NCBI GenBank assembly: GCA_964035545.1
Contig: OZ037766.1
Coordinates: 2,232,001 to 2,296,000 of the forward strand
Direction of reading: 5' to 3'
DNA: 64,000 bases
Origin: Bugula neritina
Lineage: Eukaryota; Animalia; Bryozoa
A model generated the notes under the pieces. The model was given only the letters and a program-made list of their open reading frames with translations, searched no databases and had not been told where the DNA came from. A program made the position numbers and the translations under genes. Shown one piece after another: positions 37,349-51,644 of the stretch (the stretch's first letter is position 1; each line of letters opens with the position of its first letter).

Positions 37349-39772
37349 TATAATAACAGGAAAATAGTTTGATGTATATTTATTTCAACTATTGCAATGT
37401 TTTCAGTAAGCATCTGCACTATATATGAAAGCATAGAACCAAAATTTTATTAAAAGTACAGAGGAAAGCACTGCAACATTACTTTTAATAACAATTATGC
37501 AATAATAAACAACTCGCTAATTTTTATAAAGTACTTCATAGAACACTATTGCTATGATAATGTTAACCTTTTAGATTAACATTATTACTGTCTATTTACA
37601 AAGGTAGTACGAACCTGTTATACCTGTATACATAGTAGCTAAAAAGGAGAAATTTATACGTGTATAAAACATAATTTACACATCATATTTAAAAAAGGTT
37701 TTGATTGCATCTTAGCTAAATATCATTAGACGAACAGAGAAAAGTACTACAACATTAATTTTAATAACAATTATGCACTAATAAACAATTTGCTAATTTT
37801 TATAAAGTATTTCATAGCACACTATTACAATGATAATGTTAAACCTTTAGAGTTTAAATCAACAAAGAATTTGGATAATGACCTTGTGCTTACTTAAATG
37901 CTCTATCCTGTAGACAATGTCTATTCCCTAATAGGTGAAACTGATAAGTATTATGTCATATTAACATAGTAACATATTATTAAAAATTCTATTATTGTTT
38001 TTTTATAGTTGGCTGTATATATACCGTGTTTCTTACAAATATTTTATCTTAATATGTCAATTTAAAGTCATATTTAATATAATATTATATTGACACAAAG
38101 TGTAAATCATGTGACTTTGGCAACAGCTCATGCTTTTGTAGAGCTAAAAGCATATAATGGTATGGAATATAGATAAAAAGCTTTGGCATAGCTTTAACTT
38201 ATATATTTTTGCTCTATATTTTGGAAAAAATGAATTTAGGGGCTGACTTATGATTATATAGGTATAAATTTTGATGCTTGAATGATGTAGAACTTTACTG
38301 CAGACCAGATATATTACATTTTTAATTATACTGCTCTGTGTTGCCATACACGGTATATATCACAAGTGCACGTGTCACATACATAATACTTGTGATATGC
38401 GTCATCTGTCACTAACTACCACTACTGTTATAGTAGGGGACAATGACCTTATGTCAAGGTTATATCTGTGTCAGATGCAGAGGTCATGATAGCGACAGAC
38501 CTTTCATATAGAGGTTGTCGAAAAGTGGATAAGATATTTATAAACTGCTATAACACTTACATAAAACTCTCTATCTCTCTCTCACACACGCACGCACACT
38601 TGCACACACACACTCTCTCTATTTTCCACACATGCACTCTCTTTCTCTTCAGAATCATAGTGATGAGTTTTACTCTGTAGTTTTTCTAACTTTAAAAGGA
38701 AAAATAAACGTAACAGCAAAGTGCTATATTCAGTCAAGTCAAAATACCATACATGTTTTAACAACAATTCTTTTCAACAAGGAAAACTTTTTGGCACTTT
38801 ACAGTTTAGCTTCCTCATGTGATTAATTTTAGTAACTAAAGTGTGAAATTTACCATATAGGAATATTGATTTATCATCTTAAATTGACAGTTTCAAAACC
38901 TGCCTAATATATACAAACAACTAAATATATCTGCTCTATTTGTCTTCATCTTTTTGCTGTGGAAGCTGCAGGTTTGTAAAGCATGTACACACTTCATATT
39001 TAACATTTTATCCTTAAAACTCAACATTATACTATAACAGGGTTTTTTTATACGCTGCATATATAATATTCTATTGTTTAATTGCTAATTAAAATCAAGC
39101 AAAACTTTTGGCAATTTGTATATCATTCTATATATGCAACAGTTAAACAAAATATTGCACAGTATTTATAATTATATAAGCTAGCTATATTATATATGTT
39201 GTCACGTTATATATATCTATAACAGTATAGGGTTGCATATGTTCAGCTTCATTAAAATGTATACATAAATTAAAATTAGCATATTTTATAGGCAATAATA
39301 ACATAATTATTATACACAGCTAGAATATATACTAATTATAGTAGAAAGAGATGAGGGTTTAGTGAAGTACGTTTCTATTTATAGTATTGCTTTATACAAT
39401 TGAACGGTATGTAGTATACATAATACATACTCGCACGTGAATATTAATAAAGGGAGGAGCATATATTATTATTGATAGTAGAAGATTTTCAAACTTGATC
39501 TTTAGTCAAAACTATCAATGCTAACATATAAGAGTCTTACAACAAAATAAGAATTCTTGTATATATGAGTTAATTTTTGTTATGCAAATAATAATTTATA
39601 AGTATCACTGAAGAAAAGGTTTATTGTACTGAGTTTGCTGTGAAGTTTTAGTCAACACAAAATGTTATCTTTATCTTTAAATGCCCATACGTACCTCTGT
39701 TTTTGAAACTGCAATTCAATGGTCTTGTTATATTTGTCATTATATGCATTTCATTCCATTTCATGTTGTAGA

Positions 39773-39943
39773 ATGTCTACTCTGTTACTTCAACTGCTGA
39801 CCATGTTGCTGTCGCTGCTAGTAATGCTAGCTGCTGCCGGACCGATGCTATGTGATACGGATGCTGACTGCAATAACCCAATCTTTGTCTGTAGAGAAAG
39901 AATGATCAACCAGCACTGTCTTGGCATCTGCGTGTTTGGCTAA
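39773..39943 (+). CDS. Secreted Cys-rich peptide P6 (56 aa; 5 mature Cys): MSTLLLQLLTMLLSLLVMLAAAGPMLCDTDADCNNPIFVCRERMINQHCLGICVFG
   Basis: Acceptor ttgtag 1 nt before ATG 39773; signal ending AAAG like P2; family Cys frame; candidate UTR exon donor at 38971. Confidence 0.85.
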   Translation: MSTLLLQLLTMLLSLLVMLAAAGPMLCDTDADCNNPIFVCRERMINQHCLGICVFG

Positions 39944-42307
39944 GGTTTGGTAAAAAAATATAATTTTAGTTATCTTTATTTATATTAAAGATATTGAATA
40001 TTGTAAATAAGTTTTAGTGACAAATATCTTTGCATTTTTGTTCTTATCAAAGATATACTGTTTCAGGCTTTGGTTGGAACTAGTCACAGCAGATTAAAGC
40101 AGAGTTACTAGCTTCAACAAAGATTTCATACAAATTTCCTAAATAAAAACATACCTTGTTCCATATATATATATATATATATATCCTATTTTAAAAAATA
40201 AAAATGTGTTGCAATAACATATCCAAACTATGTGTTAATAGTGTCCAACAATAGCTCAGTTGACTGGTGGCTCTAAATATTTCTGGCCTGTTATAAATTT
40301 TAAATCTCAGTTTTTCAATCCTCAGTAACTATTGGTCACTGAATGTTTTCAAGTCTAAATGCAAAGTTTTAAACTTAGGTTAAATTTAATTTAAATTAAA
40401 GTGATGGTCTATAAAAACAACTATTGCTGCTAAAAAAAGTTAGAATTTATATTATCTCTTTATATATCACTTGCAAAGTTGTTCTCATTAATCTACATTC
40501 ATTATACCACGTGTTTATATCTCATATAATTGTATTAGTTGGAAGCAATATACCATTTCAGCTTACTCATTATGAAGTTGATGTCAAGTATAAAAGAATA
40601 ATACAAAATAACAAAATTATCATCATTTGACTTTCCACCAATGTGATGTTGGGGCTATAATCATTTATATCATGCAGACTGAATATTTGTTTGTATACTT
40701 ATTATAGTCCACTATTTCTATAGACCTATATTGAATTAAACATTGACAGCTGGCATAATTATCAATTAGTTGAAAGAAACAAGTTATTTGTAATAATATA
40801 ATAAACTCACTTGCATATATTATATGCTATAAAACTAATCATTATATAAGATGAATACACAGCTACTTCTTCATATGCTAAAGTGGAAAGATAACTCTTA
40901 TATTCCATAATGGGTAAATTAAATTATTAAAATATGCCAGCTTGGCCGCTGCTGTTGATGACATGGAGGTATAGTAATATTATATTTCTCTAAAGCTGCC
41001 AAATTAGTGACTATGGAAAGTTTCAGAGCTGACTCTGTTTATTTAGTAGCTGCTGACTCTATATGCTTTGTTAAGGCAGCAGCCAAAGCAATCGTCCCTC
41101 ATTTATCTAAGAATGAGAACCTAACTAAATTTCCGACATCTTTTGTAGGCCTACTACAAGATCTCTATGCTGAGCATACAACTTTGGTATATGTCATAAT
41201 TAAAAACAAAGATTGTTTATATAGAGATTAAATGTATAAACTTGTTTTCCTTTGGTTTAGCAAAGTCCATGCAGGGTTTAGCGAAACACATTTGCATAAT
41301 ATAACATTTAAATTCAGAGTTAAATTTACAAGCAATTCTGTTGATTGTAATTTAGTAACAGTCAAAGTTTCAGTGGTTTGAAAAATAGATTAAAAATACT
41401 ATTTGTAGGTAATAATAATGTTAAAGCTTCAAATATAAATATGCTTTTTATATATTGTGAAGCTTTCAAAATGATTAAATTATATAACTAGTTAAAGAAA
41501 GCTACTTTAGATTTTAATAATTTATGCTTCAGCAATGTTGAAAATTCTTTGCAGGGGAGATTACTCATTATACTGCAAAGTTATTAGAAATAAATCACAG
41601 CATTTATGTATCAACTTGCCAAAAATCTAAAGTATTTACCTTTTAGTGAGTTTTTTTTTATAGTTACCTGATAAATCATAAAATTCTAATTTCCCCAATT
41701 CTTTTCTTTTTTCCAGGTTTGTACAAGCTACATTGTCAACTTTGTGATTGACCACAAAAATCTCAGTTATTTCCAAATTTTATTTGTTAGTCAAATTACA
41801 CTTACAGTTGTCTAATTAAAGTATCAACCAGGGCTAGAAAACCTTTGTGTTTTTTGCAAACAACTGTTTTACAAAAAAGTAAAATGAATTAATTGAAGCT
41901 TGTGTGATTAATTAGTTTAAACTTGGCAGGTTTAAAGAATTCCAGGTGAAAAACAGCTGCCAAGTATTAATTTACGCAACATTAACCTATTTGATTTGAT
42001 TATCTTATTAGCATTCAACATCTACGCATCTAGAAATATATTCAAATGTAACGCAGCCCATTACATAGTTTTAGTAAAGTACCTCTTTGTTTTGTGTAGC
42101 TTCTACTGCATGGACTGCCTTGTTGTAAGCAGAAAATTAAGCATTGTAACATTATATATACAAGCTTACTACTGATATCTGCTATATAATTACAACTAGT
42201 TAGGCATTATTAAAAGCTCTAAATCTTTTGGATAAAACAACAGGATGTTCTACATATACAATTTCAAGAAAAAAAGTCATTTACAACCCTGGAAGATGCT
42301 GATAAAC

Positions 42308-42599
42308 AAACCACGTTAAATTGAACTGCTTTAAACTTTGCAAGATTATATATTGTACACATTTAATGTTTATAAAATAAAAGCAAAAGCTATAAATAGC
42401 TAAAAGCTGTAATTAATTCAGAGGATTTATAACTTAATAGAACTGATAATCAAACCATGTTACATTGAACTGCTTTAAACATTGCAAGATTATATATTGT
42501 ACACATCTAATTTTTATACACAATGGTACTAAATAACATCAACAGCTGTAATTAGCTAAAAGCTATAATTAATTCAGAAAATTTATAACTTAATAGAAC
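42308..42599. repeat. ~145-bp tandem duplication
   Basis: aaacca.gtta.attgaactgctttaaac...aacttaatagaac occurs twice head to tail. Confidence 0.85.
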
Positions 42600-45500
42600 A
42601 GTTTGCAATTTGTATGGCAAAAGATAATCAATTATAGCCAGACTGCTTAATATTTTCACTACTTCACCCCGAGTTTTAAGAGGTCAATTTTTAGCAAATT
42701 TTTATTATGCCCCCATTTCTGTTTGCATTTCGTTGCATATCCTTAAGTTGAATTATAGACTGTGCAAATCCAAACTTATACTGGCAACATAGGATGAGTC
42801 AGCTAAATATAATATAGTAAAATACCTATATTAATAATAGCAGCTCCAGGTTATTTATATACTCGAGTATAATTAATGAATTAACCTATAATCTAGATAA
42901 ATTATGATTAAATACTATGACGAAACTTATATTGATGCACATTGGCAATAGGTTTGTATCTTGAGAGCTTCCAAATTGCACAATCAGTTGTCCAAAAAAG
43001 TTCACCAAAATTATTACCCGAGAAATAACAAAAGCTTTAAAAAGGAAATTGTGAAATGAAACTCTTCGCTGTTAATATTATTTTTTTATAATAATTAAAA
43101 CTAATGCATCATATTGACATAAAGCTCCCATATTTGTGTACAGCAATGATTCTTATTAAGTTATACCTTTATAACATACTATATATATGCTGCATGCAGA
43201 GCCACACAGTTTTTATATAATGCAATATTAGAGACATGCATTTTATGCTCTTTCAAATTGGGTAAAATATTTTGGAAATTATCTGAGAAGAGATTATATA
43301 AAGATCAGATATAAGTCCTGACAATTTGTTCCAAAGCAAATGTACATGTTTTTAACAGCTTTTTAAAGCAAAATGATTTCAATATATACAACTTTGCAAT
43401 ATATGAATATCTGCATGTTTACGAAATGATCCGAGAAAGTTGGTTTGAGTTTTTATGGTAGAAGAGTTTCACTGTTAAAAGTGTAGAATTATATAATTTA
43501 TACAAACCTACGCAGACTGTCTAATGATTGTAATTAAATACAACATACAGGAAGTTACTGTGTTGTTACATTTCCTCCTATTGATATTAGATTGGTTTAA
43601 GTGCAGAGAAAGCAACGTTGTATTTATTTAAACAATAGTTCATGAATATTTGACTATATTTTGAAATGCCTAAAGTTTACTTGACTTAATTGAAATCATA
43701 ACAACAATGTGAAGATTTGACATACGTGCAATTACATACAAACACAGTTATAAAGCTGGTGTGTTGACTTGACTTCTTATTAGTTAAAATGTAGGAAATT
43801 TTTTTAATATAGAAAAAAACTAAGCAAGTAATATTGCTTATTTAAATAATAGTCTAATAAGTTATAATATACTCTGACATTTGTTGGTTGTTTTCAGAAC
43901 TTTCATTATTGTCTGCGATATTCCAACCTGCAATTAGGTTGGTTTATTTGAAACATAATTGTAATATTTATGTAACTTTTCTCCACGTGCTTTGTTCTTG
44001 GCTTTGACAGGCAAATAACTAATCAGTGTAAAATCCAATTAACTATGAGCTTCCATAAACAGAGACAAATAATTATTTGCCTATTATTATATTTATTAAT
44101 AAATAGCTTTGTTTGTACTTTTCCTAACAATACACAGGAGGTTTTACAGTATTATTTAATTATATATTATAATCATTTGTAATTGTTTTAGGGCTATAAA
44201 CTATAGTAATAATTATGTTATTATAATTTAATGAATTAGATTTACCAATTATTCTGTCACTAATTAAATTGTTTTTTCCTTCGATTGTGTTGAACAAATA
44301 ATTAATCTTGGATTCAGCAATAAACACAAAAAGAGCTTAATTTGCATTATATAGCCACTTATAGGTTCTTCACAAGACAGACTAGATTGTAAGACTTGTC
44401 TTTTTATATTTTTGACAAATTATTTAATAGTATTCTATTTTCACAAATATATAGACTGAAAATCCTTTAAAATCTCTTAGTGTATACATAACCTAAGTTT
44501 TATAGCAGAAACCATGGCGACTTAACGAGCAAACATAAACAACCAGTTTTAGAAGACACTGGTATATACATAGATGTGCATTAGAGCATCTCCAACATAC
44601 TGTTATATGCAGTTGAATATTAATAGAATGTATAGCAATTATTAGACTTTCATGCAATGGAATTTGGTTTGTTGTCTCTTTAGTTGTAATATGCCTGGTT
44701 AAAATACATAGCTTCTTTACTCTGTAATACTTTACTAAGGAATAACCAAGCCTGCAGAAATGAAACATGAATTTGTATTGCACTACTTGACTAATGATGA
44801 TACCGACCATATAGTATTACAACTTTATTCCAATATTTGACTGCTTCGTGTATTAACAAATCATTTTGGTAGAGTAATTAATTACACAGTGATTGTTTCC
44901 TTTCTCTTCTTCAAAGGCTCTCATTTCAGTCATACATAGATAGAACCATGAAATTATGATAATTTTGTCTATTAATCATATGAAATGAAATAAAAAAGAA
45001 GTAAAATAAAAGACTATAATTAGTATGATAGCTGGAATGAATTCCGATTATTGGTACTTTTAGGTTTAAAATCAGTTTTGCTCCGGAAAACCCGAAGTTG
45101 TACATAATATAACAAGAAATAATTGCAATTGTAACATGAAAGAAAATTGTAATTAAAAAAGACTTAGAAAGTTACAATAAAAAACAGTGAAAGTTTTAAT
45201 TTTTATGAGAACCTCTTAACAAAGATATTTTAAGTATAAAACTAAGTTTAAAATAGTATTGAAGCTCCTTAACAAAAAACTGGTAAGGTTTGCTAATTTG
45301 TAGAAGAGTATAGCATAGGATCCTAACTATAAAAGTATTATCAACAGGTTTTATACTTTGTACTATATAATTGTCAGATGAATAAGTCAACAGAACATAA
45401 ATCACGACCAAAGAATGTAAGGAAATCTCTTTTTTGTTTTAATATGTTGATCCAGAGCAATTGAAAAAAAAAACATATACATTTTCAATTGCATTAATTA

Positions 45501-48056
45501 TACAAAGTAAAAACACTGAAAATTTTAAAAGAGTGCCCAGTTCAGTTGAGTCAATATTAAAATAGAATTAAATTATTGAATAATCCAATCAATAATTTAC
45601 TGCATTTCTATTAAACTAGAAATACTTTCTTTAATTTAAAATCACCAGTAAAAATGTAAATGCAAATTTAATTTATCAGCAACTTTTCAAGTTGATGTAT
45701 CAACTGTAAGAGTGTATAACTGTTATCAATTTAATTATATTGGTAATAACAAACTTATGTTTCGAAAATTATGTGGTTGTCAAATAAAAGAAACCAAATG
45801 CTAGTTTTCGTTTCTTTAGCGCTTCAACTGCTATATATATGTCTGTTGCTAAATGCATGTTGCCAGTTGCTACTTAAGCTATAGCCTGCAATTGAGTCAG
45901 ATTGTATGAATTGCCCAAAATTCTTTTTAATTTAAAATGACTGATACTTAAGAATTTAGTTGCAAAGTCCTAAATAAACATTCATGATAAGATTAAGCGC
46001 CTATTAATTACTACAACTAATACATTTAGTTGTGGAAGTGAACATGTAGAGATCTTTTCATAAGAAACGGAACAAACTGAGTCCAGAATTATCTAATGCA
46101 TTAAAAGCATCGAACTGTCTTAATGTAAACAGAGCAGGTAAACAAGATGGAGGGCAGGAAATGCACCAAAGTCTCATTAACTCTAGACAAACATTTGCTA
46201 AGCCTGGTGCCAGCAAAAATTAGGCATTTTATCAGCTGCAGTTATAGTTTTTCAGTCTTGATTAAATTTCATTTTACCAAAATAAGTATATAGTAGTGTC
46301 AGTGTATACTCTGTAATGATGGTCTAATAAAGACATATGAGTACATCGATACAGATTATAATATAATATGCATACTTCTACAACCTCACCTCACTCTACT
46401 AGGTATATATAATGATTGATAGTTGATGAATTGAAAAGCATAGATATACAAAGTTGTATAAGTAAGGTTGTACTGCTAAAAATAATAGAGATACAGCTCA
46501 ATTTTTACTGATCTAAGAAAGTTCATTTTTAAAATCAAACTTTAAAACTTAATTTTTGAAAAATATATTGCGAAATATAGCCTTTCTCCAGGCAGTCCAT
46601 ATACCTACTCTTTCAACTGTAACTCAGTTATTTGGGGGAGCATGGTTTATTAAGCAGCTTATTTTTGGTTTAAAACATAAATATCTACACAAGTTACTAA
46701 ATTATGATGACTGCAAAGCTAATTTTTAAAAAGCGTTTATGGTGAGTTTAGAAATTCGAAGTTTAATTAAACAGTTAAACTTTCAAGAGTGTGAACCTGT
46801 TGCCTGTATATCAATGAGAGCTTCAAGTCAAAAGCTTTAGCAAACAGCTTCAACAAATCGTGTGTTTGCAAAAAGTACAAGCATGTTTTACAATTTTCTG
46901 TAGGAATTTTAGACAATTAAATTGAAAAAAATAATAAGATTTAGAATAAACGAGCTATACTTGATAATATATCAATCATTGTTATTGCATAATGGGGCTT
47001 AAAAATCAGCCTAATACAAAGTAACAATAATAGAAAATTTGCGGAGATTTTCTAAAAATAGCTGATTACATAACACTAATATTACAATTAGGATAATTGT
47101 AAAGTTATTAATTACAATAAAATTACCTCATCAAGTAGAATGAAACCAATTAAGTAGCCACTTTTCTCAAGTGCTATGTATTAAGAAGGCTTGAATAATA
47201 ACTGTATTAAGATATATAGTATTACTTAAGATTCTGTCATAATTTGAAGTGCTTCTTAAGAATCTAATTGAACTTTAATTTCAAGGGCACTGCAGCTAAA
47301 TAGTTGAGGGAGAAACTTTTACCATTTGATGAAGTTTAAAATAAAGGTTCATAACTTTATTAGACATAGAAAAGGGTATTATAACAATCTATTTTGAACC
47401 GCCTGCTAATTATATTGGTCTGTTTGAAGAAGCTATTGGTTTCCCTAACTAACTTAATCAATTATTGAGTATAACATAATAGAGAGTAGAAGTGACCAAA
47501 AACATTTTCAGTTGTTTGAAGTTGTTAAATAGCAGGTTTTTTATATTCAATGCAAACGCACTGTCAGATAAAAGCAGACATTCCTGATTTAAACTATATA
47601 TAAGGACTGAATATTGTACGTAAAAGTATAAAATTATGTTCTGAAAGCAGTGTGAAAATAAAAAAGCAAATTATTCTAAAAAGGAAATAGCTGTTAAAGT
47701 AGACCAAGGTAATCAATTAGATATGTAAAGAACTTTAGAACTGTGTAAAATAGGCTTGATTTATTGAATTGAAACATTGGTGGTTTGTTCTAAAAATAAC
47801 AGAGTCCAAACCACAGCTGAAAGCTTGTAACAAAAGTTATAAGCTTCATCAATTAACCTGATCTATCTTAGAATAAACAGCAGACAAATTTTATCTATCG
47901 TACAAAATGTTTAGAAATGCCTGTTTTAATATGAACTTATACTGCATATAATAAAGCATAATATAGTATATTGAATATAGTTACAGTTTATACTTCAACC
48001 TTGCTGAAAACTTTGTTACAGTTTATGAGCTGTTGGTAAAGGAGCTTGATTGTTCC

Positions 48057-48636
<580 letters not shown>

Positions 48637-50487
48637 AATTCTTTAACTATATATGATATAAAAAAAGGTTAAATAAAACATAAATAATGTATAGTAACCG
48701 GTATATCGCATTATATAAAACACAAAACTTAATGAATAAAAAGCAAAGCTTACACTTAAATATTATGAAAAGAAGCGATTTCAGTATATAATTTTGTATA
48801 ATTGTCTAGTTTCTAGTTCATTTCTATACTTTTCACAGCAGGTCTTTAAAAACGGAAAAATAAAATTAGTTTTAAGTTTTAATTTTAATTAGTTTTGCTA
48901 AAAAAAACCTTTTAAATAGTGTTTCTATGGTAAATATAGCTTATTTAAGTGTATATGAACTTTTCAAAAAGGTGTTAATTAAACAATTTAGCTAATTAGA
49001 GGAATTAATCAATAAGCAGTTAAAACTTTTATAAATGTTGGGTTCAAAAAGTCAAAAATGTTTGAAGTGAATAGAATTCAATTCTCACCTATTTTCACCT
49101 ATCTCCGCTTTGCCTTGTTTAGGTATAGCAGGAAATTATAGAATTCAATATTTACAAATTAAAATAAATTTTAACAGTCAAATTCGAGCTACATACATTT
49201 ACTATATCCACTACAGCTGGTTCTGAAATACAAGCGACCATAAAAACTAATTACAAAATATATATAATATAATAAAACGTTGAACATTTCTGATAGCTTG
49301 GGAAGGTCTTGTATTGTCTGAAACAGTTTCATAAAAAATCATAAAGTGGTAAAATATTAAAAACAAAGTGAAGTGAATATCAATTTTCACAAGCTATTAT
49401 AGTTGATTATTTTTGCTTTAAAAGTTGAAAAATTGTTGCCTAGCATAAATCTGATTATTTTTGCCTATCTTAGCTAGATTCAAAAATTAATTATTATAAT
49501 ATGAAGTTTGAAAAATAGGAAATAATAAATAAGGTTGTTAAACACAGTTTCTTGCACTTTTGTTTAGCAATAAACAATGAATAAATAATTAGGGCTGTCA
49601 ACATGCAACAATACATAATTAGAGCACATTTGCATATAATAACTCCTTTATTAATATATACAATATAATATGAATTGAATATAATAAGTCTAGTAAAAAG
49701 TGGTAGGAAAATTTAATTGAGGCTGTTATTATAAATAACAATAAAAATAAATTAAATGCACTTTATTAACTTGGTATTACTTTTCTATGTTTATAAGACT
49801 TTAAGCAAAAAAATGCTTTACAGACTGTTGCTGCAAAAAACTAGTGCTAAGATAAAAAGAAAAGCTGCACATGCAAAAGACTAGAGATATAAAAAAACTT
49901 TTGTAAATGATCTTTGTAATACTTTTCAAACATATAAATGGCTTCATACTTTATTTAACATTAAATCGTTCAACATATTTTACTTACAAAGTTTGATTTG
50001 CTCAATCAATATAAACATATGATCAGACATGATAAAACATTTACTGCTCAATTAATCAGCTCTCTTTGAAAGCCCTGTTGCTTTATTTCAGCTATATAAA
50101 GCACCGGGTGTTACTTTTCAGCCTCAAAAGCTATTTTAAACATCAAACATTTTTGAATAAAACGAATTTTAATTAATTACTCTTTTCCATTCAATTAATT
50201 TTCTAGATATAATTGAATGAATCAGGGCAAAATAATGATTTAATATACAAATTTGTACAAATTGGAAATATTTTTAAATAGTCATGCATAGTATGCATAA
50301 CGTTGCTTTGACTGTTTTGTCTATATTAGAGTATTATTTAGTTTAAATCTTTAATTTGTTATAATATCATTTACTATAAAATTAGTTTGCCAAATTTTAA
50401 TTTCTCTTTTTGAAAAAAATAAAAGCACACATGCAGTAATTGTAAGCTTAGCATAGCTATATCAAATATTATGCTGTGTAAAAGATA

Positions 50488-50705
50488 AACTCACGCAAGT
50501 TTATAGTCGCTATCCTTGGGAGAAACCCCTGATAGAAAGGGTTTTTGTTAAAGAGGGCTAAGGACTTATTTAAATGAGGCACAGGAGCAATTATGATTGG
50601 ATGCTCTTCCCAACATCACCAATGCATGGCCTTTGTCAGGGCTCGAACCCATAACCTTCGTGTTTACTAGGCAATTGCTCTAACCCCTATACCACGGCTG
50701 CTCCC
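50488..50705 (-). mobile_element. tRNA-derived SINE, copy 3, with perfect 18-bp target-site duplication
   Basis: tatgctgtgtaaaagata at 50470-50487 and 50706-50723. Confidence 0.95.
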
Positions 50706-50952
50706 TATGCTGTGTAAAAGATATATGTTAAATATAATTTCTGGTAAACTGAGCTAAAGCCAGTAATTGCATATAATAGTTAGCAAACTTTAATGTATCT
50801 ACAATACTGACTTGGTTTAAATTTATCAACTTGAAATAAAATTTCACTCTATTTATTATGCAATACTGCAAATACATATACTTCGATAATTTGGATAAAA
50901 GAGAGAAGTTTATGATATAGTTGGCAGTTTTGCTTTACATGTACGATGCAAA

Positions 50953-51030
50953 ATACTTGCCCCTATTGGGAATCAAACCCGAGACCTCTGGCTTGCAAGC
51001 AAGTGTGCTAACCATTATACACCGCTATAG
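50953..51030 (-). pseudogene. tRNA-like sequence (Ala-TGC-like), tRNA pseudogene or SINE head
   Basis: Minus strand: gcggtgtataatggttagcacacttgcTTGCAAgccagaggtctcgggtttgattccc; A and B boxes degenerate, acceptor stem imperfect. Confidence 0.45.
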
Positions 51031-51644
51031 GACTACTGGGTAAACTCAACACTAGATATACAATATTTTGATGGGTTGGTGGCTCCTAAAACATATACAT
51101 AATTCGTATACTATATCTTACATCTTACGTATAGTTGCTAATCTAATTATATGATGCACTCAAAAGTCTGGGATGACAAAAGGATTACATATACAGGCAA
51201 TGAAAATTGTCTGAAGATTTTTGTGGGAATTTGGAATGTGGAAATAAGCAACCCTTCCTTTGATTGATTGACACTTATTTTTAGCTCCTACAACTTGAAC
51301 AAAGTGTGCCACATAATTGCATGCAAAGACTGCTTCAGTAGAGCCAATCATAAAGTCTAAAATTACTATAAAAGCTGCTAGTCTCCGAGAAACCATCATA
51401 CTGCTAGGTATCACTCCAAGACTATACATCTACAGTAAGTCTCTTCTATACGCATCTGTTTCTAGAACTCAGATTGCTTTTACAATATTTTTTACATCCA
51501 CATAAATTATAGTTTTCAGTGCGGGTATGTTTGTAAAATATTATATAATTTTTGGTCTTCTAAATATTAGTTTAGTTCTAAACAAAATGTACTTATTCTA
51601 TATTATGTTTTAGTACAGGTCTTACTGGTGCAATAGGGAGAACA

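Noticed and set aside
44493-44810. 105-aa minus-strand ORF and other 60-140-aa AT-rich ORFs in the track
   Set aside because: No recognisable motifs or supporting exon chain; composition typical of random AT-rich sequence.
50953-51030. Functional tRNA gene
   Set aside because: Degenerate T-loop and acceptor stem; kept only as pseudogene or SINE head.
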